Below are positions 15,569 through 23,508 of a DNA stretch of 32,000 nucleotides, piece after piece (the first letter of the stretch is position 1; every line of letters starts with the position of its first letter). The stretch covers positions 1,454,779 through 1,486,778 of the forward strand of contig NC_013926.1 in NCBI RefSeq assembly GCF_000025665.1, written 5' to 3'. The notes beneath the pieces were generated by a model. It was not told the DNA's origin. It saw only the letters and a program-made list of their open reading frames with translations, and searched no databases. Made by a program: the position numbers and the translations under genes. The stretch is from Aciduliprofundum boonei T469 (GTDB lineage: Archaea > Thermoplasmatota > Thermoplasmata > Thermoplasmatales > Aciduliprofundaceae).

Positions 15569-16921
15569 ATGCGCTTATTCGGCACAAACGGAATTCGAGG
15601 CAAGATTGGCGAAGAGTTCACTCCGGATTTCTTGGTTAATGTAGGCCGTGCAATTGGAACATATTTGCCCCTTGGCTCAGATGTGATACTTGGAACAGAT
15701 ACAAGGGTTTCTGCAAATATGGTGAAAGATGCTGTAATATCCGGACTTCTTTCAGCAGGGGTAAATGTTATAGACATAGGTATAGCTCCAACTCCCGCAA
15801 TACAACTCTACACAAAGAGACATGGGGATTTTGGAATCGCCATAACTGCAAGTCATAATCCTCCAGAATTCAATGGAGTAAAGGCGATAGCTTCAGATGG
15901 AACAGAACTGCCAAGGAGCGAGGAGGAGAAAATAGAGGAAATATATTTCTCAGGCCAATTCAGAAATGTGGAATGGAATAATGTTGGGAGTTATGAAATA
16001 AGAGAAGATGCAAATGAGGAGTATGTAAATTCCATTCTTTCCCTAGTTGATACGAATAGGATAAAAGAAAAGCACTTCAAGGTGGTACTTGATTGCGCAA
16101 ATGGTGCTTCCTGCTTTACATCTCCATATCTCCTCGAAAAGCTTGGGTGCAAGGTAATATCACTAAATTGCCAGCCAGATGGCAGGTTCCCTGGGCACAA
16201 CAGCGAGCCAAAACCAGAAAACTTGAAAGACCTTGTGGATATGGTTAAGGCTACAAATGCAGATTTAGGAATAGCTCATGATGGGGATGCTGACCGTGCC
16301 ATATTTGTAGATGATAGAGGAAGATACCTGTATGGGGATAAAACCTTGGCCTTAGTTGCAAAGGAGATTGTAAAGGAAAGAAAGGGTATTGTAGTAACTC
16401 CAGTGAGCTCCTCTCTGGCTCTTGAAGATGTTGTTAAGAAGGAGGGGGGAGAGGTAGTGTATACAAAAGTAGGCGCTCCAATAGTGGCAAGGAAGATGAT
16501 TGAACTTCATGCAATTTTCGGTGGAGAGGAGAACGGTGGACTAATATTCCCAGAGCATCAGTACTGCAGAGATGGAGCAATGGCCTTAGCTAAGATTCTT
16601 GAAATCTTGGCAAAGAAAGAGAAAAAATTGAGTGAACTTGCAGACGAACTTCCAAAATATAAGCAGATGAAAATAAGTGTGGCATGTGAGAACGAGAAAA
16701 AAGAGAAAGTGCTGGAAGAATTGAAAAAAAGAGTAATGGGAGAGAATGTAAATACATTGGACGGGATAAAAATTATGGGTAAGGACTGGTGGGTTTTAAT
16801 CCGCCCCTCAGGTACGGAGCCAATTTACAGGATTTATGCAGAGGCAAAGGATGAAAATATTTTAAAGAAGAAAGTTGAGAAGTATAAAGAAATATTAAAA
16901 AACATAATAAAAAGTGAGTAA
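15569..16921 (+). CDS. glmM: Phosphohexomutase (archaeal phosphoglucosamine/phosphomanno-mutase type), 450 aa
   Basis: TASHNPPEFNGVK (phospho-Ser loop), GIAHDGDADRAIFVD (Mg loop), GGEENGG (sugar loop), IRPSGTEP (phosphate loop). Substrate specificity cannot be decided from sequence alone. Confidence 0.88.
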   Translation: MRLFGTNGIRGKIGEEFTPDFLVNVGRAIGTYLPLGSDVILGTDTRVSANMVKDAVISGLLSAGVNVIDIGIAPTPAIQLYTKRHGDFGIAITASHNPPEFNGVKAIASDGTELPRSEEEKIEEIYFSGQFRNVEWNNVGSYEIREDANEEYVNSILSLVDTNRIKEKHFKVVLDCANGASCFTSPYLLEKLGCKVISLNCQPDGRFPGHNSEPKPENLKDLVDMVKATNADLGIAHDGDADRAIFVDDRGRYLYGDKTLALVAKEIVKERKGIVVTPVSSSLALEDVVKKEGGEVVYTKVGAPIVARKMIELHAIFGGEENGGLIFPEHQYCRDGAMALAKILEILAKKEKKLSELADELPKYKQMKISVACENEKKEKVLEELKKRVMGENVNTLDGIKIMGKDWWVLIRPSGTEPIYRIYAEAKDENILKKKVEKYKEILKNIIKSE

Positions 16922-16963
16922 TTTCAAAAAATTTAAGTCAAACCTATACCATATCCCCCCAAT

Positions 16964-18160
16964 ATGTGGCTTAGTTCAGTAACGAATGGCCCAGGCGCAA
17001 TATACTTGATCGTGGGGCTTTTGATGATACTTGGGTTATTTTTTGGTTATCTTTTTAGGAGGGTTCACCTCACTGATGTCCTTGCATACTTATTTGCTGG
17101 TTTACTCTTAACCATTTTAGGATTCAAAGCATCCACAACATTTTTCAATATCGTTACAGGAGCAACTTTGTCCTTTGTAGGATATATCGTGGGATTGAGT
17201 TTCTCTAGAAAATTTCTTAAGAGAATGGGAAGAAAGGTGATGATCATACTCGTGGTTGAGGTCATCGTTACTTCACTATCCGTTATGCTATTTGTATATG
17301 CATTCACAAGAGATTTGGCATTGGCAGTGCTTCTTGGCTCGTTAGCACCAGCAACAGCTCCTGCAGGCACAATTGCCGTTTTCCGTTCACTATCCTCCCA
17401 TGGAATATTGACCGATGTAGCCACTGCCGTTGTTGGCTTGGATGATGCTGCCGGGATAATAATGTATGTTGTTGGCATAATTTGGACAAAGGGGTTATTA
17501 GGATATCATGTTACTATCGGAACAGCAGTGATTCACGCTCTATGGGAGATATTTGGAGCCTTTATGCTAGGTGGAATTCTTGGCTTCCTATTTGGATATG
17601 TGGGAAAGAAAAAATCATTCACTCCAGAACAGAATCTAATTTTAGGAACCGCAGTGGCACTCCTTGGATGGGGCTTAGCTTCCGTGATTGGAGTATCCAA
17701 TATTCTTACTGCTATGGCAATAGGCATGACTGTGGTAAATATGAACGAACAGCTTGGAATAAGCAGTTACAAGGCTATTGATGCAATAATGACACCTATC
17801 TACATACTCTTCTTCGGAGCTATAGGTATGGAGATAAATTTCACCTTGCTAGCTGCCACTTGGGCCGTTGCCATAGTATATTGCATAGGTAGAACCGTTG
17901 GGAAAGTAATAGGTTGTAGCTTTGGCTCATGGATTGCCAGAGCGGAGGATAAACTTAAAAAATATTTAGGTATAGCCCTATTGAACCAAGCTGGTGTGGC
18001 TGTAGGATTGGCAGCACATGCAGCTCAAGAGCTTGGGGGCACATACTTGGGCGCCATAGTAATAACGCAAATTGCAGTTACAACTGCCATATTCCAGATA
18101 GCATCTCCATTGGGCACTCAGTTCGCCGTGAAGAAGGCGGGGGAGGCAATGAATATATAG
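16964..18160 (+). CDS. Cation:proton antiporter (CPA/Na+-H+ exchanger family) membrane protein, 398 aa
   Basis: Hydrophobic throughout, with roughly 11-12 predicted TM helices and Gly/Ala-rich helices typical of Kef/NapA-type exchangers. No soluble regulatory domain. Confidence 0.75.
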   Translation: MWLSSVTNGPGAIYLIVGLLMILGLFFGYLFRRVHLTDVLAYLFAGLLLTILGFKASTTFFNIVTGATLSFVGYIVGLSFSRKFLKRMGRKVMIILVVEVIVTSLSVMLFVYAFTRDLALAVLLGSLAPATAPAGTIAVFRSLSSHGILTDVATAVVGLDDAAGIIMYVVGIIWTKGLLGYHVTIGTAVIHALWEIFGAFMLGGILGFLFGYVGKKKSFTPEQNLILGTAVALLGWGLASVIGVSNILTAMAIGMTVVNMNEQLGISSYKAIDAIMTPIYILFFGAIGMEINFTLLAATWAVAIVYCIGRTVGKVIGCSFGSWIARAEDKLKKYLGIALLNQAGVAVGLAAHAAQELGGTYLGAIVITQIAVTTAIFQIASPLGTQFAVKKAGEAMNI

Positions 18161-18161
18161 C

Positions 18162-18183
18162 GTTATGTTTTTTTAAGCATAAC
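18162..18183 (+). terminator. Stem gttatg/cataac enclosing a T7 run immediately after the antiporter stop
   Basis: cGTTATGtttttttaagCATAACaa. An oligo-T run is the usual archaeal termination signal. Confidence 0.3.
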
Positions 18184-18245
18184 AATATAGAACAAGAAAA
18201 ATTTAAATATGATAATGCAGTAGATTCAATGGAGGAGGTAATAGA

Positions 18246-20060
18246 ATGTATGGATATCATGGAAAAATAGTCAGAATAAACTTATCCACGGGAAAAATAT
18301 CCGTGGAAAATATTGATGAAAATTTTGCAAAAAAATGGCTGGGTACAAGGGGCTTTGGAATACATACCCTTCTAAAAGAGATTGATCCAAAGGTGGACCC
18401 ATTAAGCGAGGAAAATAAAATAATCTATTCCACAGGTCCCTTGACTGGAACTGCAGCGCCAACTGGTGGGAGGTATATGGTCATAACCAAGAGTCCTCTC
18501 ACAGGGTATATCGCAATGGCAAACTCTGGTGGTTTCTTCGGTGCAGAACTCAAGTTTGCTGGTTGGGATTATCTCATAGTGGAAGGAAAGAGCGAGAATC
18601 CTGTGTACATCTCAATAAAAGATGATAATATAGAGATAAAGGATGCCTCACATATTTGGGGCAAGAAAGTTAGCGAGACGGAGAAAATTCTATTGGAGGA
18701 ATTTGGAGACAAGCATGCTCAGATTGCTTCAATAGGCCCAGCTGGTGAGAACCTTGTGAAATTCTCCGCCATTATGAACAATGGGCATCGAGCAGCAGCC
18801 AGAGGTGGTGTAGGAGCAGTTATGGGAAGTAAGAAGTTAAAAGCGATCATAGTAAGGGGCCATAATAAAACGCCTTTAGCAGATAGACAGAAATTCATAA
18901 GCGTTGTTAAGGAGAAAATTAATAAATTGAAAAATGACCCCGTGGCTGGCAGCGGTTTGCCAAAGTACGGAACTGCTGTGCTTGTAAATATCATAAATCA
19001 AAATGGATTGTACCCTACGAGAAATTTCAGAACAGGAGTGTTTGAATATGCGGAAGAGCAGAGCGGAGAGGCAATGGCAGCCAAGTACTTGAAAAGGAAT
19101 AAGCCCTGCTATGCCTGCCCAATAGGGTGCGGGAGAGTCAATGTTATAAGCTCTGTGGGCGAGACAGAGGGGCCAGAGTACGAAAGTTTATGGGCACTGG
19201 GTGCGCATCTGGGCATAAACGATTTAGGAAGTATCATTGAGGCAAACCATATATGCGATGAAATGGGTCTCGATACAATATCCACTGGAGGTACTTTAGC
19301 AACTGCGATGGAGTTATACGACAAGGGTATTTTGAAGCAGGAAGATTTGGGAGATGCACCCCCATTCAGATTTGGAAACACAGAGGTGATACATTATTAC
19401 ATCGAGAAGATAGCCAAGCGCGAGGGATTTGGTGCAAAGTTAGCGGAAGGAGGATACAGACTTGCGGAAAGCTACGGATACACAGACGCATTTATGGGAG
19501 TGAAGAAGCAAGAGCTTCCTGCCTATGATCCAAGGGGAGCAGAAGGCCATGGACTGGGATATGCAACAGATAATCGAGGAGGAGATCACATAAAAGCGTA
19601 TATGATTAGCCCTGAAATTCTTGGTTATCCTGTTAAGATGGACCCGCATGATATAAGCGATGAGAAGGTGAAAATGCTCATTCTATTCCAAAACTTGACC
19701 GCTTTGATAGATGCTGCGGGGCTTTGCATATTCACTACATTTGGCTTAGGAGCTGATGATTATCGGGATATGCTCAATGCTGCTCTAGGTTGGGATTTAA
19801 GCACGGAAGATTATCTAAAGATTGGCGAGCGTATATGGAATGCTGAGCGTTTATTCAATTTAAAAGCAGGATTAACCACGGAAGAGGATACACTTCCCAA
19901 GCGCTTAACCGAGGAGCCAATGCCCGAAGGACCGAATAAGGGGCATGTGGTGCACTTGAAAGAAATGCTTCCACGGTACTATGCTCTGAGAGGATGGAAT
20001 GCTCGGGGAGAGATAACAAAGGAGAAGATAAAGGAGCTCGACTTGGAAGAATACTTCTAA
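18246..20060 (+). CDS. aor: Tungsten-containing aldehyde:ferredoxin oxidoreductase, 604 aa
   Basis: It is collinear over its full length with the Pyrococcus furiosus AOR sequence as I remember it: MYG..G...R.NLSTG, GPLTGT.APTGGRY, KSPLTG, CYACPIGCGR ([4Fe-4S] ligands), ELPAYDPRG, GLGYAT.NRGG.H. A strong SD, GGAGGAGGT, lies at 18231-18239. Confidence 0.95.
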   Translation: MYGYHGKIVRINLSTGKISVENIDENFAKKWLGTRGFGIHTLLKEIDPKVDPLSEENKIIYSTGPLTGTAAPTGGRYMVITKSPLTGYIAMANSGGFFGAELKFAGWDYLIVEGKSENPVYISIKDDNIEIKDASHIWGKKVSETEKILLEEFGDKHAQIASIGPAGENLVKFSAIMNNGHRAAARGGVGAVMGSKKLKAIIVRGHNKTPLADRQKFISVVKEKINKLKNDPVAGSGLPKYGTAVLVNIINQNGLYPTRNFRTGVFEYAEEQSGEAMAAKYLKRNKPCYACPIGCGRVNVISSVGETEGPEYESLWALGAHLGINDLGSIIEANHICDEMGLDTISTGGTLATAMELYDKGILKQEDLGDAPPFRFGNTEVIHYYIEKIAKREGFGAKLAEGGYRLAESYGYTDAFMGVKKQELPAYDPRGAEGHGLGYATDNRGGDHIKAYMISPEILGYPVKMDPHDISDEKVKMLILFQNLTALIDAAGLCIFTTFGLGADDYRDMLNAALGWDLSTEDYLKIGERIWNAERLFNLKAGLTTEEDTLPKRLTEEPMPEGPNKGHVVHLKEMLPRYYALRGWNARGEITKEKIKELDLEEYF

Positions 20061-20075
20061 TTTTTTTCTTTTTTT
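20061..20075 (+). terminator. Oligo-T tract (T7-C-T7) directly after the aor stop
   Basis: tttttttcttttttt begins at the base after TAA (20058-20060). A further T5 lies at 20082-20086, just before the next ATG. Confidence 0.35.
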
Positions 20076-20086
20076 GGTCGATTTTT

Positions 20087-20338
20087 ATGCCAAAGGTCAA
20101 GTTCTTTGCAACTCTCAGGGAAATTACGGGGAAGAGAGAAGAAATCATAGAAGGAGATAATGTGGGGGATGTACTTAAAGTTCTTTACGAAGAGTATGGA
20201 GAAGAATTTGAAAAAGAACTAAAGGAGAGAAGTATGATTTTGGTAAACGGAAAAAATATAGAACACTTGGAGGGTTTGAAAACAAAAGTAAGCGAGGAAG
20301 ATACAATAAGCATATTCCCACCAGCAGGAGGAGGATAG
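20087..20338 (+). CDS. MoaD/ThiS-family ubiquitin-like small protein ending in Gly-Gly, 83 aa
   Basis: MPKVKFFATLREITGKREEII...VNGKNIE...VSEEDTISIFPPAGGG-stop is a beta-grasp sulfur-carrier pattern. The track ORF (19994) begins inside aor; I moved the start to ATG 20087. Confidence 0.8.
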   Translation: MPKVKFFATLREITGKREEIIEGDNVGDVLKVLYEEYGEEFEKELKERSMILVNGKNIEHLEGLKTKVSEEDTISIFPPAGGG

Positions 20339-21457
20339 ATGCATACTTTCAATTTTGATGGAGCCGAGATATACATTCCTGAGAGAGCGGATATGCAGTA
20401 TCTCTTTGTGGAAATAACAAACAGGTGCAATTTAAAATGTGAGATGTGCTTCAAGCAGTATTGGGAAGATGATGAGGGAGATATGCCCTACAAACTATTT
20501 TTGAAAATTCTCAATGACGCTCAGGAATTCCCCAACCTCAAAATGTTATATTTTGGAGGAATCGGTGAACCAACTGTACATCCAGATTTTATGCGAATGA
20601 TCGAAGAAGTAAAGAGTAGAGAAATTGGTGTAGGGATATCTACCAACGGGTTCTTGTTGACTCAAGAAAGGATGGAAAGGCTTGTAGAGCTAGGTGTGGA
20701 CCTAATTTACATCTCCCTGGATTCTATACCTGTTCAACCAACAGATATTGGTCATATAATGCCTGGAGTTACCGTGGATCGGCTAAAAAGATTAGCAGAG
20801 ATAAAAAATAGAAAAGGCAGTGAAATACCTCATATAGGAGTCGAAGTTGTGGTAACTAAAGAGAATTACAAGCTTTTGGGGAAAATTGCAGAGTACTTGG
20901 CAAATTATGATATAAATTCATTACTGCTTTCAAATCTGATACCCATAACAGAGGAGCATTCAAACCAGATAGTTTACGATGGAAATGTGAATATAGAACC
21001 TTACCTGGACGAACTATACAGAAACTCATACTCAGGATTTCTTCTTAGAGTTCCTGAATTTAAGCTTCGCACCGAGAGACATTGCGATTTTGTGGAAAAT
21101 AAAGTTGCAGTTGTGAGATGGGATGGTGAGATTAGCCCTTGCTATAGATTCTTGCATACATACCCCGAATATGTGTTTGGCAGAGAGAAGAAAGTGTATT
21201 CACATTCTTTTGGTAATGTAAAGGATAAATCATTAAAAGAAATTTGGACTTCAAGGGATTACACATGGTTCAGATTTGCCGTTAAAAATTCTTTGTTCCC
21301 GTCCTGCACAGATTGCCCCCTAGTAAATTCATGCAGTTTCGTACAAGATACAAAAACAGATTGCTGGGGAAATGAACCAAGTTGCGGAGATTGCCTATGG
21401 TGGAGGAAAATAGCGCAGTGTCCAATACCGATAGAGATGAATGGAAAATTTTGGTAG
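20339..21457 (+). CDS. Radical SAM/SPASM-domain enzyme, AOR-associated (tungsten-cofactor-oxidoreductase maturase type, MoaA-like 'cmo'), 372 aa
   Basis: EITNRCNLKCEMCF (CX3CX2C), GGIGEPTVHPDF. The C-terminal Cys cluster is CYRF...CTDCPLVNSCSF...CWG...CGDCLW. The ATG follows the MoaD-like TAG with no gap. Confidence 0.8.
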   Translation: MHTFNFDGAEIYIPERADMQYLFVEITNRCNLKCEMCFKQYWEDDEGDMPYKLFLKILNDAQEFPNLKMLYFGGIGEPTVHPDFMRMIEEVKSREIGVGISTNGFLLTQERMERLVELGVDLIYISLDSIPVQPTDIGHIMPGVTVDRLKRLAEIKNRKGSEIPHIGVEVVVTKENYKLLGKIAEYLANYDINSLLLSNLIPITEEHSNQIVYDGNVNIEPYLDELYRNSYSGFLLRVPEFKLRTERHCDFVENKVAVVRWDGEISPCYRFLHTYPEYVFGREKKVYSHSFGNVKDKSLKEIWTSRDYTWFRFAVKNSLFPSCTDCPLVNSCSFVQDTKTDCWGNEPSCGDCLWWRKIAQCPIPIEMNGKFW

Positions 21458-21459
21458 AA

Positions 21460-22461
21460 TTAACTTTTCAATTTCCATATTTCCTCTGGCTTAAATACTC
21501 CCTTTTCGGTGATTATCCCTGTTATGTATTTTGCAGGCGTAACATCAAATGCTGGATTCCTAGCATGACTTTCTTGAGGCGCAATTCTACACTCTCTGCA
21601 AAATAGAACCTCTTCCTCTCTCCTCTCTTCTATAGGGATCTGATCTCCGTTTTCCAAAGAGAAATCAAACGTGCTTATGGGTGCAGCAACATAGAAAGGT
21701 ATGCCGTTTTCCTTAGCTACCACCGCTTTCTCGTAAGTACCTATCTTATTTGCCACATCGCCATTGCTCGTGATTCTATCTGCTCCCACAATGACCATGT
21801 CTATTTCTCCCTTACGCATAAAATAGCCTGCTGCATTATCTGCGATAATTGCATGCTCAATACCCTCTTGTACCATCTCCCAAGCGGTTAAGCGTGCACC
21901 CTGCAATCTTGGGCGCGTTTCATCAACCCACACAAATATCTTTTTCCCATTTCTGTGTGCCTTGCGAATAGGTGCCGTTGCGGTACCCCAATCTCCAACT
22001 GCTAAAGCTCCTGCGTTGCAATGCGTCAATATTCTGTAGCCATCTTTTATCAATTTCTCCCCATACTCGCCAATCTTCTCACATCTTCCAATTATGTCAT
22101 TTGCATATTCTTCCGCCTTTTTCACAGGGTCCTCTCCAGAATTTATTGCATCCATCATACTGCGGAGAGCGTAGAAAAGATCATGGGCCGTAGGCCTGGT
22201 ATTCCTTAGAATCTCAAACGCTTCATCCACATTTCTTCCCTGTAAAGATGCCTGAGCCATCCCATAGGCAGCGGTTATACCGATGGCAGGTGCCCCTCGA
22301 ACAACCATTTCCTTTATGGCATATGCCACTTCCTCCGTTGTTTTTGCCTCAAATATCTCAAAATTGGCAGGCAACTGTCGCTGATCTATAAGCTTTACAA
22401 TCCCATCTTCAAACCAAACCGCACGCATCTCCTTAGTGCCATCCTCACTTTTTATTCTCAT
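21460..22461 (-). CDS. eIF-2B alpha/beta/delta-like sugar-phosphate isomerase (methylthioribose-1-P isomerase or ribose-1,5-bisphosphate isomerase), 333 aa
   Basis: IDQRQLP..FE......EVA.AIKEMVVRGAPAIG, LTHCNAGALA, VWVDETRPRLQGARLTAWE, VIVGADRI..NGDVANKIGTY. The start is moved to ATG 22461 (MRIKSEDG). The two activities cannot be told apart by eye. Confidence 0.85.
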   Translation of the reverse strand: MRIKSEDGTKEMRAVWFEDGIVKLIDQRQLPANFEIFEAKTTEEVAYAIKEMVVRGAPAIGITAAYGMAQASLQGRNVDEAFEILRNTRPTAHDLFYALRSMMDAINSGEDPVKKAEEYANDIIGRCEKIGEYGEKLIKDGYRILTHCNAGALAVGDWGTATAPIRKAHRNGKKIFVWVDETRPRLQGARLTAWEMVQEGIEHAIIADNAAGYFMRKGEIDMVIVGADRITSNGDVANKIGTYEKAVVAKENGIPFYVAAPISTFDFSLENGDQIPIEERREEEVLFCRECRIAPQESHARNPAFDVTPAKYITGIITEKGVFKPEEIWKLKS

Positions 22462-22547
22462 TAAATCACCAGCAGTGTAATATTTTGAATATTTATAAAT
22501 TTGCTTACACACAAATTTTATATACATTCTTTCACTTATATCTTTCA

Positions 22548-22796
22548 ATGGATTCAAAAGACCTCATTGATTTGAAAATCGAGAAAACCCTATACCCATT
22601 ATTTGGAAACCTCAGTGAAATTATCGTTGAAGTCAACAAAAAAAAGGTGAATAGAAACGGCCTTAATGAAAAGGAGTATGCAAAAATTATGAGTGAAGAG
22701 ATAAAAAGATTTATCGAAAGATTTGCAGGGGAGGAGCTTGCAGACAGGACATATAGAGAGCTTTTAAATTCTTTAAAATTTGAGATAGGTGAGTAG
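22548..22796 (+). CDS. Hypothetical small charged, probably helical protein, 82 aa, translationally coupled to the KaiC-like gene
   Basis: MDSKDLIDLKIEKTLYPLFGNLSEIIVEVNKKK...EEIKRFIERFAGEELADRTYRELLNSLKFEIGE. I recognise no family. The TATA-like ttttatata (22516-22524) lies about 28 nt upstream of ATG 22548. The stop (22794-22796) is 1 nt before the KaiC-like ATG. Confidence 0.5.
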   Translation: MDSKDLIDLKIEKTLYPLFGNLSEIIVEVNKKKVNRNGLNEKEYAKIMSEEIKRFIERFAGEELADRTYRELLNSLKFEIGE

Positions 22797-22797
22797 G

Positions 22798-23508
22798 ATG
22801 GAGTTTATAAACACCTATGTTAAGGGGCTTGATGAGCGAATAGAAGGTGGAATCCCGAAGGGCTCTGTAATTTTAATTTCTGGGCCTACTGGCAGTATGA
22901 AGTCCAGCTTCAGTTTCTACATTGCCTACAATTATCTAAAGGACAAAAAAGAGGGAAATGTTGTGTACATTTCCTTAGAACAGAGCAGGGAGAGTTTGAT
23001 AAATCAAATGGTAAATTTGGGAATGGATATAGATAAACTGCCAAAAAATTGCGAATTCAATATATTTGATTGGGGATTGGTTAGAAAGATAGTAAAAGAT
23101 GCAGGAAAGCATGAAAAGGTGAACTGGCTAGATACTATAATAAATCCAGTTAAAGAGTTTGCAAAGAACAAAAAATTGGATTTCGTGATTTTGGACTCGC
23201 TTAACGCCCTTTATGCTATCTCTAACTTGGAGAATCCAAGAAACCAATTATTCTTCCTCTTTGAAGCCATGAGAGAATTAGGTGCCACAACCCTGGCCAT
23301 ATCAGAAACAACTTACAACTCTATGCAATTTGGAACTTACGATGTTGAAGGCTTTTTGGCTGATAGCATAATCCATCTTTCTATGGAAAGGATAGGAAGA
23401 ACATTAGGGAGGTACATATCAATAATAAAAATAAGGGGAGTTAAACACTCTACAGATTACTATCCGCTCTTGGTAGATAAGAAGGGATTTAGAATTATAT
23501 CCCACTGA
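22798..23508 (+). CDS. Single-domain KaiC-like/RecA-superfamily ATPase with a non-canonical Walker A, 236 aa
   Basis: GLDERIEGGIPKGSVILISGPTGSMKSSF (Walker A region), VVYISLEQS, LDFVILDSLNAL (Walker B strand), SIIKIRGVKHS...Y. Alternative start GTG 22789. Confidence 0.85.
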   Translation: MEFINTYVKGLDERIEGGIPKGSVILISGPTGSMKSSFSFYIAYNYLKDKKEGNVVYISLEQSRESLINQMVNLGMDIDKLPKNCEFNIFDWGLVRKIVKDAGKHEKVNWLDTIINPVKEFAKNKKLDFVILDSLNALYAISNLENPRNQLFFLFEAMRELGATTLAISETTYNSMQFGTYDVEGFLADSIIHLSMERIGRTLGRYISIIKIRGVKHSTDYYPLLVDKKGFRIISH

